From Octopus vulgaris (Eukaryota), in NCBI GenBank assembly GCA_951406725.2, contig OX597827.1:21452001-21516000 (forward strand): a stretch of 64,000 nucleotides of DNA. Direction: 5' to 3'. This document shows positions 36,242 to 50,300 of this stretch, in pieces (within the stretch, counting starts at the first letter, position 1; each line of letters starts with the position of its first letter). A program made the translations under genes and the position numbers. A model generated the notes under the pieces. The model had not been told where the DNA came from and did not search any database. It worked only from the letters and a program-made list of their open reading frames with translations.

Positions 36242-39200
36242 TGAGAGAGAGACAGACAGACAGACAGAGAAAGAGTTTACTGTTCCATTAAGGTAAGATC
36301 AACAAAAAGTGTACTCCATCCAGTGAGAGATAAGTAAATATCATTGAATGTAAACTGTATTCAGATGAGAGCTATTAATGATTTGCTCCATTTGAAAATC
36401 AGGACACTGGTACACCAGAAACCACTGAGAAAAATATGAGAAGAAGGTTGATGCAAAAAAGAGGAAGGAGAAGACAAAGAGTGAATAAAAATGATAAAAG
36501 AAAGGAAAGAAAGAAATTTAGGGTCACGTCCCCTTTGACTAGAAGTCACAATGTACTTATAAAATAAAATAAAAAATTAACAGAGAGGTGTCTAAAGTCT
36601 GCAAGGCAGCTGCTCAATTCAGAGAGGGTGATGTCCTCCAGTTCACTAAAAGAAATATGTCCATAGGCTTACATTTACTGAAAATTTCGGATCTAGAATT
36701 AAGTAGTGTGTTGGAATTTTGGGGATCAAAAAAGAATGTGTGATCTTTCAGCAATATATAAGTTGTATTTCTTAGATCCATTTATATATGGTAAGGATTT
36801 TTCAACAATTCTCTATTTGGTTGTATGTGGTGTGCAGTTGGTCTTCAAACATCATACATGGCTAGCCAACCTAATGGTTTTACTTTTGTCGATATGCCAG
36901 AAAGAATGGTTTGCATAATGTCTTTCAAAATTGCCTTCACATAAACCAATGTAATTTTTCTTTTCAGGTATATTACCTTGAAGTGTTGTTGTGACTTCTG
37001 CTTCATAGATGATAGTTTATCATACATGCCTGGTTAAGTGGGCAAGCTTCAGCATCTCAACAGGTACAACTGGGAGTGAGCTCTTGATGAAGCTTATGAG
37101 TGATAATGTCCTGCATATTAAGGCAGCAGCTGTATATCTCTATTGAGTTTTTATTAGAAAAATTTCCTGTATTTATGGTTTACTGGGAAATTCATATTTG
37201 AAAGAGCCAAGAATTTCTTGCCTGCATTAGTTTTAACATTTAAGGAGAAAGGGTGGGGGACCATATTATTTTCCTAGGTCTGTTATTAGATTTCATATTT
37301 TAATTGTAGGGTTGTAATATATCTTAACTTTGAAGCCACTGTTAGCTAGGGCATTTTTATAGTAGGGGGTTACCTTATCAAATATTTCTTTTGAAGAGAA
37401 GAGATTAGATATCCTATTAATAATGTTAGCTACCAGGTTTCTAAGCACTAGAGAAGGGGTAACAGTACTGTTTGTATATGTCAGAGAGTTTCTCATTTCG
37501 TTTATGGTAAGGTTTATAAAAGAGGGAGTTCAGGTCTAGGGAAACATCTAAAAAGTTGACTTTGGACAGTGATTAACACGTTTATGTAAATTCAGTCACC
37601 TTATTGAGCTACAATCTCAATATTGAAGAATAAAAATCTACAATACCAAATTGAGTAAATCTGACTCCATGTTTGTCCTTTAAATTCTGAAACTAATCTA
37701 TTATAGTGCTGTTATTAGCCCATTTCTGTAGCTAAGTAGTCCCTCTCATTCTGAGTACCTTTTGTAGGGGCTACTAAACTGATTTCAGGCTTTGCTGGGT
37801 TTAAAAGCCTACAGTCAAAGGGGACGTAACTCTCATTTTCTTTCCCTTCTTTATCTGAGTCTATTCCCTGTTTCTCTTCTAATTCAACTCTTTTGCATCT
37901 ACCTTCTCCTTGTCTTTTGTCGTTTCTCAAGTATCTGCATCCTAATTTTCAAATAGAACAAACCATGAGCTCAGAGCCTGGATATTGCTTGCAGACACAA
38001 GGCACATTATAAATCCTGCCTAACCACATGTCTTAATGGCTAGAACTTATTAGTAGCTCTTAGTTAAATACATTAAATGATATAAATATATCTATTTCTT
38101 TACTACCCACAAGGGGCTAAACACAGAGAGGACAAACAAGGACAGACAAACGGATTAAGTCAATTACATCGACCCCAGTGCATAACTGGTACTTAATTTA
38201 TCGACCCCGAAAGGATGAAAGGCAAAGTCTTTGAACTCAGAACATAACGGCAGGCGAAATACGGCTAAGCATTTGACCCGGCGTGCTAACGTTTCTGCCA
38301 GCTTGCCGCCTTGATATAAATATACCATCATCATGCATAATCCAAATATCATTCATCCATCCATGAAATGACAGACCTTAAAATGCTAAGAATATAAGAC
38401 AAGTCCAATAACATACTGATGTAGAGTAACAGCATCCAAGGAAGTGTGGGCCGCATCTAGGTATCTGTCAAATAAAAAAGAATAAAATAAAAAATGCTTG
38501 AGGAAATCAATTTATTTACAATTTTGACAGTATTTCTAAGTTGAGAAATCTGTGATAAAAGGTGGCATCGCTGGTGGGATAATATGAGCACTTTTTGTTG
38601 TTGTGATTGCAATAATTACTGTTTGGTAAAGAGTCGTTAGCAGGCCGAGGAAAATGCTTAGAGGTGTGTTTTCCAATTTTACATTCTCAGTTCAAATTCT
38701 GCCAACCAAGGTCAATTTTGCTTGTCATGGGGTTGATAAAATAAGTACCAGTTGAGTGTAGGGGGATCGATGTAATCAACATACTTCCGCCCCTGAAATT
38801 GCTGGCCTTGTGCCAAAATGTGAAACCAATAATTAATGCCTGGCTTAAATAAAAAGAATGTCTTTCCATCAGGTGGATGGGGGTCAAAGGATCAGTTGTT
38901 GTTTAGTTCCCAGATCGTCCATGATCTGGTAGACCTAATTAAAGGTAAGATCTAATTAAAGGCATCCCAGACATGACAATCCAGTCTATTTTTCGGGTAA
39001 AGGCTATCTAAAACTGTATTATCAAATGGTTCTCTTTTTAAAGAGTAGAGTGTAGTTTGAAGGAGATTTAGCTGCTATTTATCAAAGGTTTAAGGGTGGG
39101 AAAGTGGTTGGGGTGAGTGTAGAATAGAGTGAAAAGTGAAGTGTGAAGCGATATAATGTCATCAACAGAAATACTGTTTCTAGATTCATCTGGAATAAGG

Positions 39201-41310
39201 TGTGGTGGCAAGTTGATTCTGATCTGATCAGTAAATGACTGAAAGTTCAGCTGGGGTAAGATCAATCCACGATCAATATAATTTATTTCAACTCGATTAT
39301 ACCCTTTTGTTGATAAATTTTTGCTGTTTAGTTAAGGGTATGAACAGGGTGACCTCCATGGCCCCTTCCTCCAGCCTGAGATTTTTGTGGCTGATGTTTA
39401 TAAGAAATTTATGTCAGAAACATCTTGTCAAAAGGGGAATTCCAGAAGGTTGCATCACAGGAGAGGAATGACTCAGAAAAGTATTTAGAGTTTATTGGGT
39501 GAGAGATAATGGGGTGGTGAGGATGAGATTCAAGAAGTGGGGTTCACTGGACGATGGTCAGCTGGAAAATTCAGTTTGATAAAAGAGGTAGTAAGAAAGG
39601 ACAGGGATTGTGTTGGTCAATGAGTCTTTCACAAATAACTGGATCACATTTTGGGGATGCAATTTAAGATGTTTACATGGGTAGCCCTGTCCAGTATTTT
39701 AACAGGGGTCTAAAATATTTTTATATGTAGCATTAGCATGACAGTATATCTATATATATTTCTATATGAAGTATCTTTTTTTACTTTCTTGACCCTTAGA
39801 ACTCATAATGTTGAATACCCAGTTTCTATGACAGAACACAACATTCCCTCTGAACAGGATGCCAGCAAGGTTCATGGGGACAGGTCAATTCCATTAAACC
39901 CAGTACTTAACAGGTTCTTTATTTTCATTAACCCTGAAGAGATGAAAAACAAAGTTGACCTTAGTGGAATTTGAACTCAGATTGTAAGGATCTGGAAGAA
40001 AATGCCACTAAGCATTTTGACCAATGTGTTAATGTTTCTTCTAGTTCACTGCTTTATATGAAATACTAGCTGAATAGCCTGTCGTTGCTAATTTTTACAA
40101 TACAATGTCCATGTTAGAGCAATGCCTTCCCTGATAAACCTCTTGATCAGGACAAGTTTGTGCAATTTTCCGACAAAAAACTTCATTGAGGACTTTTTTT
40201 TACCTTTTTAAATTATTTCCATGCCTGTTCGACCATTTTGCATGACTTTATTCATTAAGACTTCAGAAGTTCTTACACCTTTGGTCGTTGTAATGCTTTG
40301 CTTTCGTTTGTTTAATAAAAATTCCTCCTCCTAATGATTTTGCTTTCATTTTGTGATAGACAGCTATCATGCAGAAAATGCCAGCTTCCAAATCCTGTCT
40401 TCTAATAAGGTAAAATTGATTAAACTTTAAACCTCAGTAACATTTTTTTATGTAACTTTTCTAGAACAAATAAATATCAAAATCAGATTTAACATGGCAA
40501 ATTATTTCAGTAAACCAAATTTGGAAATTTTGATGCAATTTTAAAATTTCACAATATGTGACAGTAACAAAGAAGACTCTACAAAAGTAAGGAGACAGAC
40601 AGTTATAGGATGTGACACACACACATTTGTTGCTAGCAAAATGGTATATGCCGGCTGTGTGAGCAACTGGTTGTTTTAATGGTGGAACAAACAGGAATTC
40701 CATTAGAAAAAGTTTTAATCGATTTTCTCGGTAACTACCGGGGCTAGTTAAAAAATACAAACCGCATTCCAATCTATGTACCCATCTTCACATATGTGCC
40801 ATTTTTCATGCGAATCTACCCAGCTGTTTGGCTGTGAACCTCAAGACAAGAAAAAATACAACGATCGCCCATGTCCAATTTATATCATAGACTAGCAGCT
40901 AAGCCCGGTTTCACCCGGTCTGTTTGGATGTTGTGGCTATGATTGTTTTCGGTTAGCCATAATCTATAACAGCATTTCTCAACCTTATCATTTCGGGTCC
41001 CCTGTTTCGATTGGAGCCTCCAGCTGTATGAAACCTTCCTGGCTTAATCCCGTCAGAAAACAGCTTCTAAGCAACTGGTTGTTTTAATAGCGGAAGAAAG
41101 AGAGGAATTCCATTAGAAAAAGTTTTTATCGATTTTCTCGGTAAGTATGGGTTGAGAGGGGGGTTAGGTAAAAAATACAAACTGCATTCCAATCTATGCA
41201 CCCATCTCCACATGTGTGCCATTTTTCACGCGAATTCACCCAGCCGTTTGGCTGTGAACCTCAAGACAAGAAAGAATACAACGATTGCCCATGTCCAATT
41301 TATATTATAG

Positions 41311-41350
<40 letters not shown>

Positions 41351-44300
41351 ATAGTCATAAATAATAGAAAAGGAGTTTGATGAAATTTCATTTAACAATA
41401 AGAAAATTAAAATATCACAAATTGTTTCATAACTTAGAAACATCTAAATAATTTATATTATTATATTTAATAATAAATTATTTACTTAGTGTCGGTTTTA
41501 ATGCAAAATGCAAAAATTCTTTCAAAATGAGTGTGTGTGTCTGTGTTTGTCCCTGCCCACTGCTTGATAACTACTGTTCATGAATTTACAGCTTCATAAC
41601 CTAGCAATTTAGCAAAAGAGACCGATGGAATAAGTACTAGGCTTTTAAAAAACAAGTCCTGTGATCAATTCATTCGACTAAAAATTCTTCAAGGTGGTGC
41701 CCCAGTATGGCCACAGTCTAATGAATGAAACAAGTAAAAGATGAAAGATTAAATCTGTGAAATAATCTTTAAAAACCTAACGGAATTTTATAAAAAAAAA
41801 AAACCTACTTTTTAAAGAAATTTTTATATGACGATTGAGTAACACATAGGTTAGTGACATCAGGCCCCACCAGTTTTGTTCCCTTGAAATGTGGTATCTG
41901 ATCCATGATAGAACGAAGATATGAAAAATCACTTCCTAAGATCGTTGGATCCGGTCTGTGAGGCAGAATCAGTTGGTAGACATCTGGTTCTGGAAAACAT
42001 AGGATTATTTTTGTTAACGATATATATTTCTTTACTACCCACAAGGGGCCAAACAAGGACAGACAATCAGATTAAGTCGATTATATCGATCCCAGTGCGT
42101 AACAGGTACTTAATTTATCAACCCCAAAAGGATGAAAGGCAAAGTCGACCTCGGCGGAATTTGAACTCAGAACGTAACGGCAGACGAAATACGGCTACGC
42201 ATTTTGCCCAGCGTGCTAACGTTTCTGCCAGCTCGCCGCCCTTACTTTGTTAACGATATAATTAAACAGATATTTTGAGTTTTCTATTTCATATCTGAAT
42301 TTAAATGGCTAAAAGCACAGAAATTAGATTCAAATATGAGCTGAGAGAGCCGCCATGCAATTGTTTGACCTGCTGAAAATAGCAGCCAAACCTATCCTAA
42401 ATTGCACCTACCATTTTAAGAAAAGAAAGAGCACATTGAATAATGTAATCCAGGATGTATCAAATGATGGACAGGGCATGGCTGGAAGGCCTTTACTGAT
42501 AGGTGTGTTTTGTTCTTGGGACCAATCCGGAGCTCAACATTAACAGTTTCAGATATATTTATTTTAAGCATCCAGCTGTAGAAACTCTGCCAGATGAGAT
42601 TGGTTCCTGGTGCAGCTTCCTGGCTTGCCAGCCCTCAATCGAACCGTCCAACCCGTGCCAGCATGGAAAGCAGACGTTAAACGATGATGATGAAACCATG
42701 AATGAAAACCTCCTCTTCCTCCTCTTCGTGTTCTTCAATTCAAATTAACAAAAGCACCGCATTGGTTCACTTTCTCTCAAGAAATATTCTGGAAGTTAGA
42801 AACCTGTGGCAAAATCAAAACTGTTCTATTTCATAAAAAAAAAAAAAAGAGAGGCAAGCAGAATCCTTGGCCTTTGGCTAGTATCAACAATTGCAAATTC
42901 TGGTTTTGTCCGTCTTTGTCAGCACTAATTATGTCAACTCATGTTTACGATCCTATAATTCTCCTGCCATTAACTCTCAGAAATGACAGGATATTTTGCA
43001 GAGCTTTCAAAACCAGTGCAGATGAGGTGGGTCATCAGGTCAAAGACTTGGTCCAAAAGCTTGCAACAGAGCATCCCCATAAAAGGAACCCAAGAGCTAT
43101 GTGGCTCTTGGGTTCCTTTCCATCTTTGTTTTATGGCATTGGCAGCCTCCAAATGACAAAAATAAGTGATCTTTGAATTTTCTCATCTTTCTAAACCTAT
43201 AGTTATTTTTCTCTTTCTTCTGCTATACTTCATCTTAACACCTCTTAGTATTTCGGTCCGCCACTACGTTCTGAGTTCAAATTCCGCCAAGGTCAACTTT
43301 GCCTTTCATCCTTTTGGGGTCAATTAAATAAGTACCAGTTACACACTGGAGTCGATATAATCGACTTAATCCGTTTGTCTGTCCTTGTTTGTACCCGCTA
43401 TGTTTAGCCCGTTGTGGGCAATAAAGATATATACATATATATCTGATACCATTCTCAATGCCATCTCATATACACAACCATGCTACGCTCAATACGGCCC
43501 CCTTATGTACCTCTTCATCGGCCTTCCACCTTGCTCATCATCCCCTACTTCCCTGACCCACTTCTATCTCTCTCACCTTACCCCAACCCATTCCCCTACT
43601 TATATTTCCCATCAAGTCACACCTCCATCTCACTAGTCACCTCCACCCCCATCTCTAACCACATTACTCCCCACTTCACACTCTTATACTCCACTCCTTC
43701 CACTCCCTAAGGCACTGTTTCTATCCTCTCTTATGTCCACCTCTTTGTTCCTTACTCTGGCACTCCATCACTAACATCTTTTCCTTCTTCCCACCTACTC
43801 CCAGCTACTCTTATACAATGTGGGGGTAACCATGTATCTCCTCTATAGTAAAACACCTGTGCTTGTCTCACTATCATATTTTAACTTATCCCACCTCTTG
43901 AGTACTTTTCCCTTCTCTTTTCTTGTCTTACAAATCACTTGTCAACCTCACGAGTGTTGGTGGCACGAAAAAAGCACCTAGGCAAAGTGGTTGGTGTTAG
44001 GAAGGGTATCCAACTATAGAAACCATGCCAGCATGGAGAACAGGCATTAAAGGATAATAATGATCATGAGGATGTTTATTTCACTACATGTTTTAGAGTC
44101 TGTCTGTCTCATAAGTAATACTACAAAATGACACTGTATTTGAAGTAACTCACCATTTCCTAATTCAAGGGCAGCCACAGGGTAGCCCTTTTTAGCAATA
44201 TACTGAAGCAGTCTCACTGCATTATCAGCGTCCCATCTACCATGTCGTCGATTCAACATATTCAAACCAAAAACAACATCCCAGTGGACAGAATTGGAAA

Positions 44301-47300
44301 ACTTAAAGAGGGAATCGATCTGATGGCCTAAATATAAGAGAAAACAGTTAATAAACAAATTACATTTAAATTCAAATGAACAAATAAAATTGATAAATAA
44401 AACATAAATAAAACATGAATATAAGGAACTCATTGAAGAACTTGAACAACCATTTTGTCTAAACACATGTCAAATCTTTATAAATTCCCAATTTAAAACC
44501 CCTATGTGCCCCTATCAACAATGGACTAATAATAATCATGGCTTAATTATTTACAAATGTTTTTCTTAAATCAAAACTTCATCTATTCATCAATTTGCAG
44601 AAACAAACAACTCCCCTCTCTCTCTCTCAACAACAATCATTTACTCTGAAGATCTACATGATTGGAGTAAGGCTTAGCAATCAAAATAAGTTGATCACAA
44701 AGTAGGGACTGGCATGGCTGTGTGGTTAAGAAGTTTGCTTACCAACCATATGGTTTCAGGTTTGGCCCTACTGCACAGCAGACTGAGCAGTCGAGGCGCA
44801 ATGGCCCAGTGGTTAGGGCAGCAGACTCACGGTCGGAGGATCGCGGTTTCGATTCCCAGACCGGGCGTTGTGTGTGTTTATTGAGTGAAAACACCTAAAA
44901 GCTCCACGAGGCTCCGGCAGGGGGTGGTGGCAACCCCTGTTGTACTCTTTCGCCCCAACTTTCTTTCACTCTTTCTTCCTGTTTCTTGTCCCCGACTTCC
45001 TACGCAACTGCTGAGCCTGGATGCGCATTCATCCATCCATCGATGCTCTCGGTGTTGGGGGTTGACCTGCTTTCTCTTCTGCGGGTCTTGCGAATAGCGA
45101 GGGACCACATTTCAGACTTCTCCCATCTTGCGAGCTCTGGGACGAAGACCATTCGCTCAACAGCAACAGCAGCTTGAGCAAGTGTCTGCTACTCTAACCT
45201 TAAGCTGAACAAAGCTTTGTGAATAAATTTGACAGCTAGAAACTGTATGGAAGTCAGTCTTCTATCAACAAAACATCTACTTGCTTTGTGCCCCCTTCAC
45301 AGAGATCCCTTACTTGAAAAACAGGTAAGGGTTGGTGACAGTAAGGGATTCTACATGTAAAACAATGCCTTGATAATATACATTCATATTCTTCTAACCC
45401 AAGCTAGCATGTTAAAATAGATATGAATTTATTACTTAATTAACAACAAGAGAACTGCATTCAAATCTGAAGTGGACTTTATTGATCCTCTCAAAGATTA
45501 TATGAAAAAAATAGCAGTTAGGTGGGGGTGGGGAGGGTCAAGCTTACCTGTTCTCTCTCTGACCCATTGTATGGCCATGTAGCTTTGTAAGGAATAATTA
45601 TTATTAGAACAATAAACTTTAACAAAACCCACTCTGTAGCAGAGGTTCCGGCCAAAGGTCCAGTCTGAGAATAATTTCCCCCACATTCCTGCCCACTATA
45701 AATGATCATGAGACCTGCTTTAACTCTTAAAAAATAAAAATAAACCAAGTGTTCAACCATGACACTGCTTTCAATCATCGTTATATTCATCAATACATAT
45801 CAATAATATATCAGGTGGTGCCCCAGTATGGCCACAGTTTAATGACTGAAACAAGTAAAAGATAAAAGATATCCTACCAGTTATATTAAATGGCTTCAAG
45901 ATGTCGTTCACGTTTTCTAAGGCACTGGAATCATCATGAAAATAGAGAAAGTCTTCTAAAGATCCACCAATCCTCAGATATACAGGGGACAGCCCACGAG
46001 CCAAAGCTTGTACTTTGGGAGAACTAGAAAATAGGAAAACATTTAATAAAAATTTTAAACACCATCATTTAACGTCCGCTTTCCATGCTGGCATGGGTTG
46101 AATGATTTGACTGAGGACTGGCGAACCAGGAGGCTGCGCCAGGCTCTAATCTGATCTGGCAGAGTTTCTACAGCTGGATGCCTTTCCTAATGCCAACCAC
46201 TCTGAGAGTGTAGTGGGTGCTTTTATGTGCCACAGGAACAAAGGCTAGCCTGGCAGTACTGGCAACGGCCACACTCGAAATGGTGTTTTTTACTTGCCAC
46301 CTGCACAGGAGTCCAGTCCAGCGGCACTGGCAATGACCTCGCTCAGTGCCACATGAAAAAAATCATCCGAGCAACTACTTGATATTCTTAGGCTTACAGC
46401 TGTTTCACAGTCTTCTCCATGTAGCAACAATTGCGGGGTTGAATGAAATTATGTTTACATGTTTGTAGTAATATGATTGTGATGCATTATCCCATGATGG
46501 AAGCTGAGGGCAGCTACTTAGAGTAAACTGTTATCTCACAGCAATTTGATCTTTTTGGATTTTTAAAAGATACTTTTATTTTTGGATAGGATGTTGTTTT
46601 CTTTTCCTTCTACGCAAACTATCAAATTTAGCCCAAACTCTGTGTATATGTGTATACATATATTATATATATATATTGGTGGACTTTTTGGAATAGCTGT
46701 CACAAATTGAATGGAATTAGTTCAGTTTTTAATATTTTTTGCAGCATTTTCATCATTTACCCACATTTAAATCATGTAATTTGCATGTCCTCAGCTCAGT
46801 AAGAGAGAGGGTCCCACAACTCTACTACCTTGCATGACAGGCTTATCAGGAGACTTCCTATCTCTCTTTCGGTGACTTCGGTGACCAAATCATCACCTCT
46901 GCCTCAGGAGTTCAACAGGGCAACCCACTCGGGTCTGCTCTGTTCACACTGGTCATTGATGGCATCACCAAGATGGGCATTGAGCTAGACCTCAGTGTCA
47001 GGTATCTCAACGATGCTCATTCGGCAGGGACCTCTGGACAGGGTTTTCACCATTGCAAACATGATGGTTGGGAAGCTTGGTCACCAGTGTCTCCAGGTAA
47101 ACAACTCCAAATGTGAGCTCTGCATCCTCAACCACCCAGCTTCTCAACATCAACCAACTATTGACCTTTTTGCAGAGTCCTTCCCTTCCATTGCAGTCTC
47201 TCCCCCATTGACTTGGTGCTCTCTAGGTGCCCCAATCACTGACCTTGCCTTTGAGTCCATCTTCCAGTCGAAGGTGGCTGCCCTTGAGCAATTGCTGAAA

Positions 47301-50300
47301 AATACTGAAGCTATCGAACAAGGTTTTTTCATACTTAGGAATTACCTCTCGATCCCTAAGCTTCTATATTTACTCAGAGTCAGCTCATCTTACCGAATCC
47401 CATTGTGCCTCCAATGCTTCGACAACCTAATCTTTGAGAGACTAAAATGCTTAGTCAATGACAGACTCTCTCCAATGTCCCAAGATCAGGCTGCATTGCC
47501 AAAGCGATTTGGAGGACTTGGTCTTCGTAAGTGTTCGTCCCTCTCTCTCCCCTGCTTCCTTTCCTCCACCCTAATGAGCAACATCCTCTCCTCTCCAACA
47601 TAGACTAGTTCCAACAGGGAGTTGGATGAAGCTCTCCAATACTGGAGGGAATTGGGCATGTCTGCTCCAGAGAAAGTGGAGGACTGTCAGAGTCAGAGGG
47701 CTTGGGACAACATAATTTCGAAGGCCACCTTCGACTCCCTCTTCATCCAGTCAGACCAGTTTTCAAGGCACTGCTCATTGTCTGCTAGCACCAAATACTC
47801 AGGTGACTGAATTGATGCCGTCCTTGTGGCTAATGTTGGTGACCTACTCAAACTTTGTGTTTCCATTGCCCTCAGAATTGGGAGCTGACATATGCACAAG
47901 TTTGATCTGTCGTTGTAGCAGGCTCCACGACTCCACGGCCTTTCTTGCCGCTTTGTATGTCATACGGAGTTGAACCTGATACTCAAGAGGAGCTTGGCCT
48001 GGGTAAACATCCCCTCCATCTTGGAACCATCTGGATTGTCCAGATGTGATGGGAAGAGACCTGACAGCCTCACCCTGTGGCCCTGGTTGCAAGGCAGATG
48101 CTTTGTCTGGGATGTCACAGTTAGCAACTCCTTTGCTTCAGTTCACATCCTGGCTGCTGCAGTTAGGGTGAGATCCACAGCTTCTGCGGCCGAGCAGAAC
48201 AAAATCCTGAAGTACCACAATCTGTCAGCCAACTACATTTTCCATCCTGTGGCTTTCAAGACGTTTGGTGGGGGTCAGACCACTAACTGCGAGATTCCTG
48301 TCTTCACTGGCAACTTGCCTAGCAGAAGTAACTGGTAACTGGTGAGGCACATCAGAGCAGTTGGCTGTTCCAACACATCAGTCTTGCCATCACCTGCGGC
48401 AATGCTGCAAGCATGCTGGTTTGTCTCAACAGCCATTAGAGAGCTTTCCCAGCGCCCCCCACTTTTCAACCCAAGGTGGTGAATTGTTTTGGGTTTCTTC
48501 TTTTTTTTCTTTTTTCGCCAAGACTTCTGTCCCCCTCAACCTACACCAACCACCCTTTTTTTTTTCGATACAAACCTCCCTTTTCGGCTATGGGGAATAC
48601 AAATCTGCAAAAAAATTGGCAAAAATCAGCATTTTTAAATTACCACCCCTACACCCATTTCCTTCATTTTTAACTTTTTTCTGATTTTTTTTTTCAAAAT
48701 ATGCAGAAAAATATGGACATTAAGATTCTGACAAAAATTTCCAACAATTTTTGTAAAATTTTTTTTTTCTAAATATACAGAAAAATATGGACGTTAAGAT
48801 TCTGACAAAAATTTCAAAACAAGTGTTGGGGAAAAAAGTCAAAATTTAAGAATTTGGGCTGGGAGGGGGAGTTTATTTTTGTAATTTTTTAAGCCAAAAC
48901 TCCCCATTTTCGGATACAGAGGTTCCGGAAAATTGCCAAAAATTGGCATTGTGAAATTCCATCCCCTTTCCCCCACAACTTCTTCAATTTTGACTTTTTT
49001 CCCAAACACTAACCCTTAAACCCTAACCGTAAGTGCAGAAATGTTTTGAAATTTTTGTCCGAATCATGATGTCCATATTTTTCCGCATATTTATTCTCTC
49101 TCTCTTTTACTCTTTTACTTGTTTCAGTTATTTGACTGCGGCCATGCTGGAGCACCACCTTTAGTCAACCAAATCGACCCCAGAACTTATTCTTTGTAAG
49201 CCTAGTACTTATTCTATCGGTCTCTTTTGCCGAACTGCTAAGTTACAGGGATGTAAACACACCAGCATCGGTTGTGAAACGATGTTGGGGGGACAGACAC
49301 ACAAACATATATATATATAGATATGTGTGTGTGTGCGTGTGTGGTGAATCTTGCATGCATGAAGTGGATTCGATCCACCATAGCCAAATTTAAATTAACA
49401 CTGCTACAGAACTTTTCCCATGATGGAACAATGGTTTTTCTCAGACAGCAGTTTTTACATTTTTCAGATGCCTTTAGCTAGGCCCGAAATAATGTCTTCA
49501 CCACTTGACCCTTTCTAACCTCTTCTACTTCACCAAAAGCTAGAATAGATAACAAGACCACCAACTAAATATATTATTCTCAATGCTATATCTATCCTTC
49601 TGGATAGTTATATAAACCAGTACATCCCAAGCCAAAAATCAGTTCGTCACCAGCCGGTGACGACTCAACCAAGTAGCCACTTTGGTGACAACGAAGTCTG
49701 GCTGACCAGCCTTGGTCAGATGGAGAAATGAAGTTTACTGTCAGCAACGTCCCACATTATAGAACTCTCACTAGCTCTAATTCTGTTCTCTTACAACATC
49801 ATTCAATCTGTCTCAGCAATTACTACTAAACAAGGAAGAGAGCACCAAAACAAACTTTACTTTGCATGCTTTTGGATGTATCGAACCCTGTGCATCGAGG
49901 CAAGGTATTGTAACGTAACGGTAAATAAAAATTTCCGTAAAACCTCATGCATTGCTAATTCTTCCACATCTTACAACATGCAAATATAATAACAATTTCT
50001 TAGCGTTGCATCTGCTGACTCGTACATATCAATAACATTGTTTACCAATCTTACTCGTTACAATTGGTAACCACACCAAAATCAAAATCTGCCGTTACAA
50101 ACTGGTGACTACAACATATCTTAATAATGTTTACAAACCAATTAATACATATATATATACATATATACGACTGGCTTCTTTCAGTTTCCGTCTACCAAAT
50201 CCACTCAAAAGGCTTTGGTTGGCCCGAGGTTATAGTAGAAGACACTTGCCGAAGGTGCCACGCAGTGGGACTGAACCCGGAACCATGTGGTTGGTACGCT

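Noticed and set aside
39100-39710. Higher-complexity intronic stretch that might be a nested gene (also 1560-1960, 3610-3900, 9130-9560, 57240-57720)
   Set aside because: No coherent ORF or splice pattern; probably old retroelement debris that I cannot assign
44793-44870. tRNA gene-like sequence (also ~14925-15000 and family A/B heads)
   Set aside because: A and B boxes run into SINE bodies; no complete acceptor stem or terminator
45548-45715. Possible extra heparanase exon (strong ag/gtaagc donor on - at 45548)
   Set aside because: No GH79 similarity in any frame, and exons 2 and 3 already join in phase; only RNA-seq can fully exclude it
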